64,000 nt of DNA, from IMG/VR virus record IMGVR_UViG_3300028393_000050. The stretch is one strand, 5' to 3'. The DNA is from an uncultured virus (IMG/VR IMGVR_UViG_3300028393_000050). Its lineage: Duplodnaviria > Heunggongvirae > Uroviricota > Caudoviricetes. This document shows positions 1-8,087 of the stretch, in pieces. Each line of letters opens with the position of its first letter. The stretch's first letter is position 1. The notes beneath the pieces were generated by a model. It was given only the letters and a program-made list of their open reading frames with translations, was not told the DNA's origin and did not search any database. The translations under genes were made by a program, and so were the position numbers.

Positions 1-92
1 GCCAACTCAACAAAAACTATTGACAACAAGTTGTCTACTAGTTTTACTATTACACAAGGTGAAGCGTATAGTGTAATAGTTGTTGAGTTGGC
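1..92. repeat. Branched inverted repeat (three-way junction)
   Basis: 1-12 pairs with 81-92; inner hairpins 13-45 and 46-80. Confidence 0.7.
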
Positions 93-127
93 GCGACACG
101 CCCGGGTGACATCGTTACACAAATGTT

Positions 128-159
128 ATAAAGAGAGGGCTGGTTTCCCAGCCCCCTCT
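128..159 (-). terminator. Intrinsic terminator of leftward operon
   Basis: GC stem GAGGGGGCTGG-GAAA-CCAGCCCTCTC then TTTAT on minus, just after the stop at 169. Confidence 0.65.
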
Positions 160-168
160 GTGTTGCTA

Positions 169-489
169 CTAAGACGGCATAAACGGTGAGTCTATTTCAT
201 CTAGCAGTGTTTCTAGTTCCTTAGCCCACTGCTCAGCCTTGACGACCATCAGTAGATACTTGGCTAGTTCCTCGTTGTTGCTAACTAACTTGGTTAGTTC
301 TATAACAGGTGTGGCTCTGCGTGGTTTCCTAGATGTCCAAGTTCTAGCAGGTGCGCCTAGTGGAGTCCCACGCCTTGCCCTCATTCGTAACTTTTGCTGT
401 TCATTCCAGCAAACTCGGCAACGGTATTGAGCAGTTAGTGCGTTAGACACTGTAAGATCGTGCCCTTGATTACAGGTTGTGTTTGTCAT
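169..489 (-). CDS. Small Zn-finger protein (CxxGH...CxxC)
   Basis: CNQGH and RCRVC motif resembling the Zn knuckle of actinophage HNH proteins; RBS AAGGAAATGAAATG. Confidence 0.7.
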   Translation of the reverse strand: MTNTTCNQGHDLTVSNALTAQYRCRVCWNEQQKLRMRARRGTPLGAPARTWTSRKPRRATPVIELTKLVSNNEELAKYLLMVVKAEQWAKELETLLDEIDSPFMPS

Positions 490-551
490 TTCATTTCCTT
501 ATCTGTTTGAATGTGTGAGTCAGTTTAGCCACTTGACTCAGGTGGTGTTGC
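490..551 (-). repeat. Intergenic cassette copy 1 (pseudoknot + RBS)
   Basis: GCAACA-CCAC-CTGAGTCA-A-GTGG-CTAAAC-TGACTCA...ACAGATAAGGAAATGAA before ATG. Confidence 0.85.
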
Positions 552-785
552 TTATAGTTCGAAAGTGCGAGGGAAAGTTATTACTGTCTCGCCCTTGTGG
601 CTGTGGTCTATGTCTAGGTCATAGCCCTTATCAATAGCCCAAGTGAGCAGTTGGATAATTTGCTTATCGCCCTCCCAAGCGTAGCCGTTGCATACATCGC
701 AAGTGCCTGATGCAGTGCCACAACCACGCTGGTTGATTAGGTTCGGCTTGTCGCTGAACAGGTGGATACTAGTTATTCTTGCCAT
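552..785 (-). CDS. Hypothetical protein with CxxC
   Basis: ORF fills the space between repeat cassettes; cassette RBS upstream. Confidence 0.7.
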   Translation of the reverse strand: MARITSIHLFSDKPNLINQRGCGTASGTCDVCNGYAWEGDKQIIQLLTWAIDKGYDLDIDHSHKGETVITFPRTFEL

Positions 786-846
786 TTCATTTCCTTATCT
801 GTTAGTTGTGGTTGAGCAGTTTATCCACTTGCTCAGGTGTTGTTGC
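786..846 (-). repeat. Intergenic cassette copy 2
   Basis: CAC-CTGAGCA-A-GTG-GATAAAC-TGCTCA...ACAGATAAGGAAATGAA. Confidence 0.85.
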
Positions 847-849
847 TAG

Positions 850-987
850 TTAGTGCTGTTCACAGCCACAGCAGTTATCGCAAGCGATAGGGTTGCTGTT
901 TGCGCAAACACAGAATACATCTAGTTCTGTTTTGCAGTTAGGACAGAGCGCTATCTGTCCTGTTGTAGTTCTGATAAACTCGTCCAT
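850..987 (-). CDS. 45-aa Cys-rich protein (8 Cys)
   Basis: Manual translation MDEFIRTTTGQIALCPNCKTELDVFCVCANSNPIACDNCCGCEQH; AGGA RBS. Confidence 0.65.
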   Translation of the reverse strand: MDEFIRTTTGQIALCPNCKTELDVFCVCANSNPIACDNCCGCEQH

Positions 988-989
988 TT

Positions 990-1076
990 TTATTTTCCTA
1001 ACTTAGATACTAGATAACCAATTGCAAAGGCAATAATCATTTCCAATAAATCTTGCCCGTTTATTATGTGTGTCAT
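990..1076 (-). CDS. 28-aa membrane micropeptide
   Basis: MTHIINGQDLLEMIIAFAIGYLVSKLGK directly after the cassette 3 RBS. Confidence 0.6.
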   Translation of the reverse strand: MTHIINGQDLLEMIIAFAIGYLVSKLGK

Positions 1077-1133
1077 TTCATTTCCTAACTGTTAGTGTGT
1101 GAGCAGTTTTGACACTTGCTCAGGTGTTGTTGC
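1077..1133 (-). repeat. Intergenic cassette copy 3
   Basis: ACAC-CTGAGCA-A-GTGT-CAAAAC-TGCTCA...ACAGTTAGGAAATGAA. Confidence 0.85.
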
Positions 1134-1136
1134 TGA

Positions 1137-1436
1137 CTAACCCTTGTGAATTGTCGGGAACTGTTCGAGCAGTTCGCCAATTGCTTCGAGTTCTGGCATA
1201 ACATACTGTGGAGCCGAACCGTTCACCTCGTCAACCTGCCAGAGTTCATCGAGAGACTGCCAAGTTGAAGCCTGAGCAATCTTGAAAGTGTCAATTCCCT
1301 TGACTGTGATAGTCAAGATAGACTCCTGACCGTTGACATCGTTGCCGACGGTGTAGCGTGATACCTTACCAATAACCGAACTATCTAACGCCTCGTTAGC
1401 AAGATAGATAGTGTCGCCAATAGATAACTTGAACAT
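1137..1436 (-). CDS. Hypothetical protein, first gene of leftward operon
   Basis: 99-aa ORF, GAGGG RBS. Confidence 0.7.
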   Translation of the reverse strand: MFKLSIGDTIYLANEALDSSVIGKVSRYTVGNDVNGQESILTITVKGIDTFKIAQASTWQSLDELWQVDEVNGSAPQYVMPELEAIGELLEQFPTIHKG

Positions 1437-1539
1437 AATTACTGCCCTCTGTTAGTGAACTACTTGCTTAGACACTTTATCTAAGTCCCGTTTCCCTAAC
1501 AAGATAAGACTATGCCCGAAATACAGACAAATGCGTATA

Positions 1540-1804
1540 GTTATCAAATCTTAATAAAGATTATTTCTGTTATCAAGCCGTAATCTAGATGGTTCTCGTT
1601 ATCAAACCGTTATAGAGGGGGGGTAGGGTTAGGCGTTATCAAATTGTTATAACCCAGCAGGGCACAGTTACTATTTTGGTTCAAGAAAGTTAGGCAGTAG
1701 CCTAACTTCGTGCCTAAAGGGCGGGGGTAGCGGGGGTGGCCGAACAGTGGTGCAGCTGTTTGGGTGTTTGGGTGTTTGTAGGCAGGTCGTTATCAAATCG
1801 TTAT
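1540..1804. promoter_or_regulatory. Cluster of GTTAT-CAAAnn-GTTAT boxes (OmpR/MtrA-type direct repeats)
   Basis: Copies at 1540, 1569, 1598, 1635, 1789; related copy at 114. Confidence 0.6.
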
Positions 1805-2008
1805 AATTGCTTTCAAGCTGTGGCCTGCGCAGCTAGTTAAATATTTGATTGTTCTTGTTTCAATAGGAATACTTATTTGATTGGTATAGCAGTGGTAGCT
1901 GCGCCGCCGAATGTTAAGCTCCTGCAAATATGCTATAAGTTAAAAACACGCACGTACGTGCTGATATGCAAAATGCTATTAGGGGGTTAAATGTTGTTGT
2001 TTATGATT

Positions 2009-2014
2009 TATACT
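2009..2014 (+). promoter_or_regulatory. -10 box of leaderless promoter
   Basis: TATACT 6 nt before ATG 2021, no SD. Confidence 0.55.
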
Positions 2015-2020
2015 GGACTA

Positions 2021-2326
2021 ATGAGACCTAAGAAAACGCAATTTAAAAAGAGTGGTGCTGATACTTCACGCAACGCACCCGGTAAGAGCACCTATAGCTT
2101 TGGAAATGGTGTGACAGCTCACTTAGGTGACGCTGACTTAAAGCATATGGCTCGTACCGATATGCCGGGCCATGAGTGGCATCCAGCTACCCCTACTGCA
2201 GTTAGAGACTGGGATAAGAGTAGCCCTCACCACACTTACATGGATTATATAAATGGCTGTAAGAAATGTGAAAGCTTGGAAAGCAGGCGGATGCACCCTA
2301 ATGGTAGTAAGATAACTGACGAGTAA
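2021..2326 (+). CDS. Small basic protein with MxPK tag
   Basis: Start refined to MRPKKTQFK. Confidence 0.7.
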   Translation: MRPKKTQFKKSGADTSRNAPGKSTYSFGNGVTAHLGDADLKHMARTDMPGHEWHPATPTAVRDWDKSSPHHTYMDYINGCKKCESLESRRMHPNGSKITDE

Positions 2327-2694
2327 TGAAGCCTCGTAAAGGGCAGTTTAAGTTCAATGGCCCGCTACAGATTACTCACTCAAAACTTACAGAACCTTCT
2401 GAGTTTGGTGATACAAAGATAACTGCTTCTAAATTTGGTAAAGAAGTTGGGCATATGGGGCTACATCGAGAAGATAGCCAACTTACTTTTGCTGACGGCG
2501 CGACCTCACTGAGTGGCGTAACTGGCAGTAAGAAGTTTCGTGAAGTAGCAATGGTTAGAGTAAATAAAGGCCAAAGACGTAAAGGTGTTGCAACAGCTAT
2601 GTGGAAGTACGCTAAAGACAACGACCTAAAGCCAGAGCATAGCGCCGCACAAACAGATGCAGGCAAAGCCTGGGCTAAGAAAGTAGGCGACTAA
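2326..2694 (+). CDS. GNAT-family acetyltransferase with MxPR tag
   Basis: VxVNKGQRRKGVATAMW acetyl-CoA motif A; AGKAW tail. Confidence 0.75.
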   Translation: MKPRKGQFKFNGPLQITHSKLTEPSEFGDTKITASKFGKEVGHMGLHREDSQLTFADGATSLSGVTGSKKFREVAMVRVNKGQRRKGVATAMWKYAKDNDLKPEHSAAQTDAGKAWAKKVGD

Positions 2695-2921
2695 TGAAGC
2701 CACGCGGGTTATATGAAGAGTTTGCAAAAGGTCGTTCTCCAGAGCTGCACCAAGTGCTAGGTGTAATGACCAAAAACAATGCCGTTTTAGGGCTGAACGT
2801 TATGGATGCAAGAAAAATAAATGACCGTATGTTTACGAGCCCAAGAGGGGCCACTCAACGGTATAGTGTATCTAGTAACGCAACTGATGCTGTACAACTA
2901 CCTTATGGAAATGTTCAATGA
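2694..2921 (+). CDS. Hypothetical protein with MxPR tag
   Basis: TAATG coupling. Confidence 0.6.
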   Translation: MKPRGLYEEFAKGRSPELHQVLGVMTKNNAVLGLNVMDARKINDRMFTSPRGATQRYSVSSNATDAVQLPYGNVQ

Positions 2922-3106
2922 ACCCAAAAGATAAACAGTTTAAACTTCAATTAAATGCTGAGCCAGCTGGCGAATCAATGTCTCTAGAGCACGCATACAA
3001 TGACGCTATGTCCCAAGACCCACGTTACAACACCCCGGAAGATTTAGAAGAGATGGGTAACGCGATGTTTAAAGCAGAACAGGAAAAGAAAAAGAATGCG
3101 TCCTAA
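2918..3106 (+). CDS. Hypothetical protein with MxPK tag
   Basis: ATGA overlap; MNPKDKQFK. Confidence 0.65.
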   Translation: MNPKDKQFKLQLNAEPAGESMSLEHAYNDAMSQDPRYNTPEDLEEMGNAMFKAEQEKKKNAS

Positions 3107-3428
3107 GAATCCTCAAATGACTAGAAATGAAACAGTTGACGCTAGAGACGAAGCAAGTCGCGCTAGTAGAAGTATTGTTAAAAACAATAACCCTGGTCAC
3201 CCGGTTGTAAAAGCTGCAATACAGCGCAACATTGTAGAAGGAAAAGTGCGAAATGCTGTAGATACCGGATTAACTGTTAACGAGGCAGATAGACGCTATA
3301 AAGCAGCAAAGAATAACGCTCAAAGACACGATGCCACAATTCAAGTTAAAGGCGGGGCTATTAGAAGAGCCCGTAACGGTGAGTCTATGGATTTAATTAT
3401 TGGCGTTAACCCAGATAGGAATAAATAA
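3096..3428 (+). CDS. Basic hypothetical protein with MxPK tag
   Basis: MRPKNPQM; overlaps upstream stop. Confidence 0.65.
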   Translation: MRPKNPQMTRNETVDARDEASRASRSIVKNNNPGHPVVKAAIQRNIVEGKVRNAVDTGLTVNEADRRYKAAKNNAQRHDATIQVKGGAIRRARNGESMDLIIGVNPDRNK

Positions 3429-3706
3429 TGCACCCTAAAAAACCACAACTAAGCGAAGGCGACAAGCTAGAGCGCGCAAACAACACTTTGGGCAAGCACA
3501 GAGGGCCTAAGCAACCTAACGACAAAAGGGCTAAAGAGCTTTTTGACAGAAACATGGGTGAACACGCAGTTCGCACTATGAAGGTTAAAGACGTTATCAA
3601 GGAGTACAAAGAAGACCCTGAAGCGTATACCGCAATTAGTGCTGAGTCTATTGGCCGTATGCGTCGTGGCGAGCCTTCTAAATACCACACTGACAAGGAT
3701 ATTTAA
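3428..3706 (+). CDS. Hypothetical protein with MxPK tag
   Basis: TAATG coupling; MHPKKPQL. Confidence 0.65.
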   Translation: MHPKKPQLSEGDKLERANNTLGKHRGPKQPNDKRAKELFDRNMGEHAVRTMKVKDVIKEYKEDPEAYTAISAESIGRMRRGEPSKYHTDKDI

Positions 3707-3712
3707 ACAAAA

Positions 3713-4051
3713 ATGGCTGCAAAGAAGAAAGTTACTGGTAAAAAGACTAAGACCCTAGCGGGTAAGACTTCCGATGGTAAAAAGGTTTACGGCCCATTCA
3801 AGGGTTCAAAGTCTAATGGTGGACGTCCTATGATGTCTGTCGTTAATAAAGATGGCTCACGTACATCTATTTCAGCTGCTAAATACAAGTATGAGAAAAC
3901 ACATGGCAAGTTGCCTAAAGGTGTGGATGTTGACCACAAAAACAATAACCACTCAGATGACAACGCCGGAAACCTACGCGCGCTAAAACACGGTAAGAAC
4001 ACCGCTAAAGAGAACAAGCGCCGTGCGGGTAAGAAAGAAAACGACAAATAA
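3713..4051 (+). CDS. HNH-motif protein, very basic
   Basis: DVDHKNNNHSDDNAGNLRALKHGKN. Confidence 0.75.
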   Translation: MAAKKKVTGKKTKTLAGKTSDGKKVYGPFKGSKSNGGRPMMSVVNKDGSRTSISAAKYKYEKTHGKLPKGVDVDHKNNNHSDDNAGNLRALKHGKNTAKENKRRAGKKENDK

Positions 4052-4152
4052 TTCGGTTTAGGTAACAAATCTTAAACAACTAACGCCATACTTATTATTA
4101 TGGCGTTCCGATCAAACGTCTTTAAATCAATCTCTAGAGAAAGTATAAATCA

Positions 4153-6399
4153 ATGGCAAACAACGTAGGTGACCCACAGGATAGCGGTACGCTATACCCT
4201 GTTACCGCCCAGAAAGTAAGCGGAGCAGTTAATAACAGCACTTCCGTTACTCTATCAGCCTCAAACTCAGGTATCGTAGTAGGACAGGTTGTCACTGGCC
4301 CTGGTGTCCCAAACGCTGATGGCATCAACCCTGCAACTACTGTTTCAGCAATTAGCGGTACTTCGCTAACTCTTACTCGCCCAGCTAACCTTGTAGAAAA
4401 TACAACCCTTAACTTTGCAGGCGCTACAGGTGCAAACATTGCAACTGACTTTGTGTGGGGTAACTTTCCTATCCAAGCTAATGATGACCGTGCAACTGTT
4501 GCTGCCGCTAATCTTCCGGTTACGGGCATTCTAACACCGACTCTAACAGCCGCTACTACCACAGACGGTACTAACATTACTTTTACCACATCAGCTGCCC
4601 ACGGCCTTGTTATTGGTTCAGTAGTTAACACCGGTCTTGCTGCTGTTGGTGGCACTATTGCTGCCCCAACTGCGGGCACAACTCACGGTAAGAACGTAGC
4701 TTCTGTGTCTAACACTACAGTTACTGCTGATACTACTCAGCTAACTGCTACCCTTACCACAGGTGCTGCTCATTACGTAGCCCCAGGTGCAACTGTAGTT
4801 ATTGCCGGTGTTTTTCCAGCCGCCTATAACGGAACATTCGTTGCTCAATCAGGTACCACTGGAACAACACTTAAAATTGCGGGTGTAGGAGCTAATGGTT
4901 CATCAGTTGCTGCTGCAGGTAACACTACTACAGTCTCACTAGCAGCTGTTGCAAACACTGCCGGTACGGTTAACTTTTCTGCAACTAGCACTGCTAACCT
5001 TCAGGTTGGAGCGGTACTAACTAAGTCATCCGGAACAGGTGCGTTTAACGGAACAACTACTGTTGTTAGCGTTAACACCACAAACAACACCTTTGTTGTA
5101 GACGTAATACCTACTACTGACTTCAGCGCAGCCGTTGTCACAACAGCTGGTACTGTTACTACTTACCCATACGACCTATCAAACGCCGTGGTAAGTAGCG
5201 TTCCTTCTACAACTACCTTTAAGGTTTCTAACCCTAATGGTTGGAGTGGTAGCGCAGCTCTTACTGCTACTGCTGGTGGTTCTCTAAAGCTAATTGGAGA
5301 TGCGAGTTGGGGATTGACTAAGAAAGTGCAAAGTGACCGACTAACTGCGTCCCTTGACGGCCACAACATTGTTGAAGGTGCTTACTATGGTTTCCCTTCA
5401 TTTAACTCGGGTCTTTACAAGGTAACCGCTGCAACTGCAGATGGTACACGTGTATGGTACACCGCTCCTAACAACCTAAAGGTTAACGATGTTGTAAGCA
5501 TTACGGGCCTTACTGATGGTGCAACAGCCGGTACTTCTACGCTTAACTTAGCAAACCAAACTGTTATAGCCGCAACTGCCGATAATTTCCTCGTTACTAA
5601 CGCTGCTACCGCAAAGACACTAACTGGTCAAAACGGTTCTGCAGCTATTCGTTACTTCGATGACGGTAGCTATCAGGTAACTGCAGCTTCTGGTAATGGA
5701 ACAACAGTAACTTACACTTCACAGAACAGCTTGATTCCAGGCGCAACTGTAAGCGTAACTGGGTTGAACACAAGCGCATTTAACTTGTCTGCCGCCACTG
5801 TTGCTACTGCTAACGCAGTATCATTCACAGTGACTAGCTCAGCAGGTAACGGTGTATCAATTACTGGTCAGACTGGTAAGGTTGCAAACGACACAGCTGC
5901 TTCTATTGTTGACGGTGCGTTTGTTGCTGGTACAGCTGCCCTAAACGGCCTTAACTACCAGACATCTACTCCTTATGTACAGGTGCCTAACGTTGTAGGT
6001 CTAACTACTGCTAATGCTCTTGATGGACTACTTGATAGAGGTCTTGTTGCTACTTCTAGCGGAACTACCTCCAGCTCAGCAAAGAGCATTACCGCTGTTA
6101 CACGTACTGCAGGTAGCACACTAGCAGTTTGCACATTGACTACTCACGGTCTTCTAGAAGGCCACGTAGTTACTGCAAGCTCATCTAGCCTTGCAGGTAT
6201 TACAAACACTGTTCAGTACCGTGTACTTTACAAGGTAGATGCAAACAACTTTGTGATTAACACAAGTGCAAGCACGGTTCTGAGTTCAGGTACAGTAACA
6301 CTTACCCCAGTAATAGGAACAGTTTACTCACAGAGCATTGCAGCCGGAGCAGCAACTACCGCTTCTGGTACAGCAGTTACTGTTAATAACTGGAACTAA
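4153..6399 (+). CDS. Thr/Ala-rich virion surface protein with beta-repeat modules and C-terminal PASTA-like domain
   Basis: Repeats of H/N-x-L-x-x-G-x-x-V-x-I-x-G; VPNVVGLT..A...L...GL and GTVYSQS PASTA halves. Confidence 0.65.
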   Translation: MANNVGDPQDSGTLYPVTAQKVSGAVNNSTSVTLSASNSGIVVGQVVTGPGVPNADGINPATTVSAISGTSLTLTRPANLVENTTLNFAGATGANIATDFVWGNFPIQANDDRATVAAANLPVTGILTPTLTAATTTDGTNITFTTSAAHGLVIGSVVNTGLAAVGGTIAAPTAGTTHGKNVASVSNTTVTADTTQLTATLTTGAAHYVAPGATVVIAGVFPAAYNGTFVAQSGTTGTTLKIAGVGANGSSVAAAGNTTTVSLAAVANTAGTVNFSATSTANLQVGAVLTKSSGTGAFNGTTTVVSVNTTNNTFVVDVIPTTDFSAAVVTTAGTVTTYPYDLSNAVVSSVPSTTTFKVSNPNGWSGSAALTATAGGSLKLIGDASWGLTKKVQSDRLTASLDGHNIVEGAYYGFPSFNSGLYKVTAATADGTRVWYTAPNNLKVNDVVSITGLTDGATAGTSTLNLANQTVIAATADNFLVTNAATAKTLTGQNGSAAIRYFDDGSYQVTAASGNGTTVTYTSQNSLIPGATVSVTGLNTSAFNLSAATVATANAVSFTVTSSAGNGVSITGQTGKVANDTAASIVDGAFVAGTAALNGLNYQTSTPYVQVPNVVGLTTANALDGLLDRGLVATSSGTTSSSAKSITAVTRTAGSTLAVCTLTTHGLLEGHVVTASSSSLAGITNTVQYRVLYKVDANNFVINTSASTVLSSGTVTLTPVIGTVYSQSIAAGAATTASGTAVTVNNWN

Positions 6400-6404
6400 T
6401 ATCT

Positions 6405-6446
6405 AAATAGAAAAGCCCCGGTCGTTTGACTGGGGTTTTCCTATTT
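6405..6446 (+). terminator. Intrinsic terminator
   Basis: AAAAGCCCCGGTC-GTTT-GACTGGGGTTTT. Confidence 0.75.
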
Positions 6447-6484
6447 AAACTGATAAAATTACTCAAAAGGATTAGGATTTAATT

Positions 6485-7231
6485 ATGGCTGAAAATATTG
6501 TTGGTAAAAACGCTAGAACCCAAGCGGAATCTATACCTAAAGACACTAAGTTTGTCTCAGATACTCTTAAAGGTATGCTATTTAATAATCTTGTAAATGG
6601 CGGAAGTCGTGGAAGAGGCGGCTCTGGCGGCAACTCTGGTGGCGGACGACCTAAGAGTATGCAGGAATATCACAACGAAGATGTTAGAGCTCAGCACGAT
6701 TTTGAGCGGCTAACAAAAACTCAAAAGCTTGCTCACGAGCACGCTCTAGAAGGCTTAACTGCCACTGGCGATGCGGCTCAACGTTTTCCAGGAAGAGCGC
6801 CTAAAGCATTTAAGTACAATGGCCTAGAAACAAGTTGGGAAGATTCTGATGGCGTAAAAGCTTCTATGGCAACAAGTCAGCAGCAAAAGCCTAAGAAACC
6901 TCGTAGAGGAAAAGCCGGAACCAGAAAAGCTAAGCAGTTTAACGTGTATCAAGAAGGCTCTGATGCTAGATGGGGAGTTGCTACTTCTGGCACCCCTGAT
7001 TTTGGCACCAGTAAACCTGCTAAGAGGACTAAATCTACTGTTAAAAATGTAAAATCTACCGATGCCATGACTTACAAAGGCAAGGCCCCTACACAGGGAG
7101 CAGTTAACCGTCAAAATAAAGCAGCTGCTAGTTACATTACTAAGTCTAAGACAAAGCTTACTCCGGAACAAAAGTCTCAAAACGCGGCCGCTAGAACCTA
7201 TATTACTAAGCCTCGTGGAACAAAATCTTAA
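6485..7231 (+). CDS. Basic hypothetical protein
   Basis: AGGA RBS; Gly tract; C-terminal QN..AA..YITK duplication. Confidence 0.7.
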   Translation: MAENIVGKNARTQAESIPKDTKFVSDTLKGMLFNNLVNGGSRGRGGSGGNSGGGRPKSMQEYHNEDVRAQHDFERLTKTQKLAHEHALEGLTATGDAAQRFPGRAPKAFKYNGLETSWEDSDGVKASMATSQQQKPKKPRRGKAGTRKAKQFNVYQEGSDARWGVATSGTPDFGTSKPAKRTKSTVKNVKSTDAMTYKGKAPTQGAVNRQNKAAASYITKSKTKLTPEQKSQNAAARTYITKPRGTKS

Positions 7232-7421
7232 AGTAGATATACGCCCCCACGGGCCTCTAAAGGCTCGTACAGGGGTTAGCACGTCTACTGACCCATATGA
7301 ACGCGATGAACGCCCTGTAGGACGCTCCAGAGAGTTCTTTGATGCCATTATGCGAGTCTCTGCCCCTGTAATCTCCGGAATACCTACTCACATGAAAGAA
7401 CAAGGTAGATGGGGAAAGTAA
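7215..7421 (+). CDS. Hypothetical protein
   Basis: Fills gap, overlaps neighbours. Confidence 0.5.
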   Translation: MEQNLKVDIRPHGPLKARTGVSTSTDPYERDERPVGRSREFFDAIMRVSAPVISGIPTHMKEQGRWGK

Positions 7422-7588
7422 AACGTGCTAAGAAGCATGTTAAAGAATTTAAAAAAGAGGCTTTATTTAAGCCTGCACAAGTAAAAGATACGCGTTTCGG
7501 TATTCGCAGAATATATTTGAATCAATCAGAAAAGCCAGAAGCTTTTTCATACGCTAACCCCGGCCGTAACTGGTGGGGCACAAGATAA
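7409..7588 (+). CDS. 59-aa basic hypothetical protein
   Basis: Manual translation MGKVKRAKKHVKEFKK...NWWGTR. Confidence 0.55.
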   Translation: MGKVKRAKKHVKEFKKEALFKPAQVKDTRFGIRRIYLNQSEKPEAFSYANPGRNWWGTR

Positions 7589-7597
7589 TAGGAACTG

Positions 7598-7867
7598 ATG
7601 TCTACCGATCAATTAATTGCACTTATTGCTACTCTTTGTACTATTCTTAGTTTTGGCGGTTTTATTGTCGCCAGGCTAGTTAAGGGATACACAGCTGAAA
7701 TAGTAAGCACCCTTATAAAAGACTATTTATCAGAGCTTAAGCCAAATCACGGTTCATCTCTTAAAGACGACATTGTTTGTATAAAAACTGATTTAACTTC
7801 TCTTAAAGTAAATGTTGCAGCTTTAGAAGGCAAGTTTGACCAACATATTAAAGAGAATCTTAATTAA
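7598..7867 (+). CDS. Single-TM protein with coiled coil (holin-like)
   Basis: N-terminal hydrophobic helix, ELKPNHGSSLKD motif, coiled-coil tail. Confidence 0.6.
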   Translation: MSTDQLIALIATLCTILSFGGFIVARLVKGYTAEIVSTLIKDYLSELKPNHGSSLKDDIVCIKTDLTSLKVNVAALEGKFDQHIKENLN

Positions 7868-7904
7868 ATCTGCTATTATTAGACAATAAACTACAAGGAG
7901 AAAC

Positions 7905-8087
7905 ATGAAGTGTTCAAACTGTTCTGAAGACGCGGCATACACAGAGAGCTCACCTAGCTTTAGTACTGCACATTATTGCGTAAAACATCTTCCACAAAAT
8001 CTTCGTTTAGGTGCTCAAGAAGGCTTATACCCTCTAGAAGAACCTAAGTCAGATAAAAAGAAGTCTGTAAAAGAAGAAACTGAATAA
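7905..8087 (+). CDS. Small Zn-binding protein
   Basis: CxxC...CxxH; AAGGAG RBS. Confidence 0.7.
   Translation: MKCSNCSEDAAYTESSPSFSTAHYCVKHLPQNLRLGAQEGLYPLEEPKSDKKKSVKEETE

Noticed and set aside
516..544. Hammerhead ribozyme (CUGA core)
   Set aside because: No CUGANGA-stem-GAAA arrangement or three-stem junction; pairing fits a pseudoknot
490..1133. CRISPR-like array
   Set aside because: Intervening segments are about 230-nt coding regions; repeats are degenerate and contain an RBS
4134..4679. Minus-strand 181-aa ORF and similar antisense ORFs across the window
   Set aside because: Shadows of codon-biased genes on the opposite strand, with no RBS or motifs
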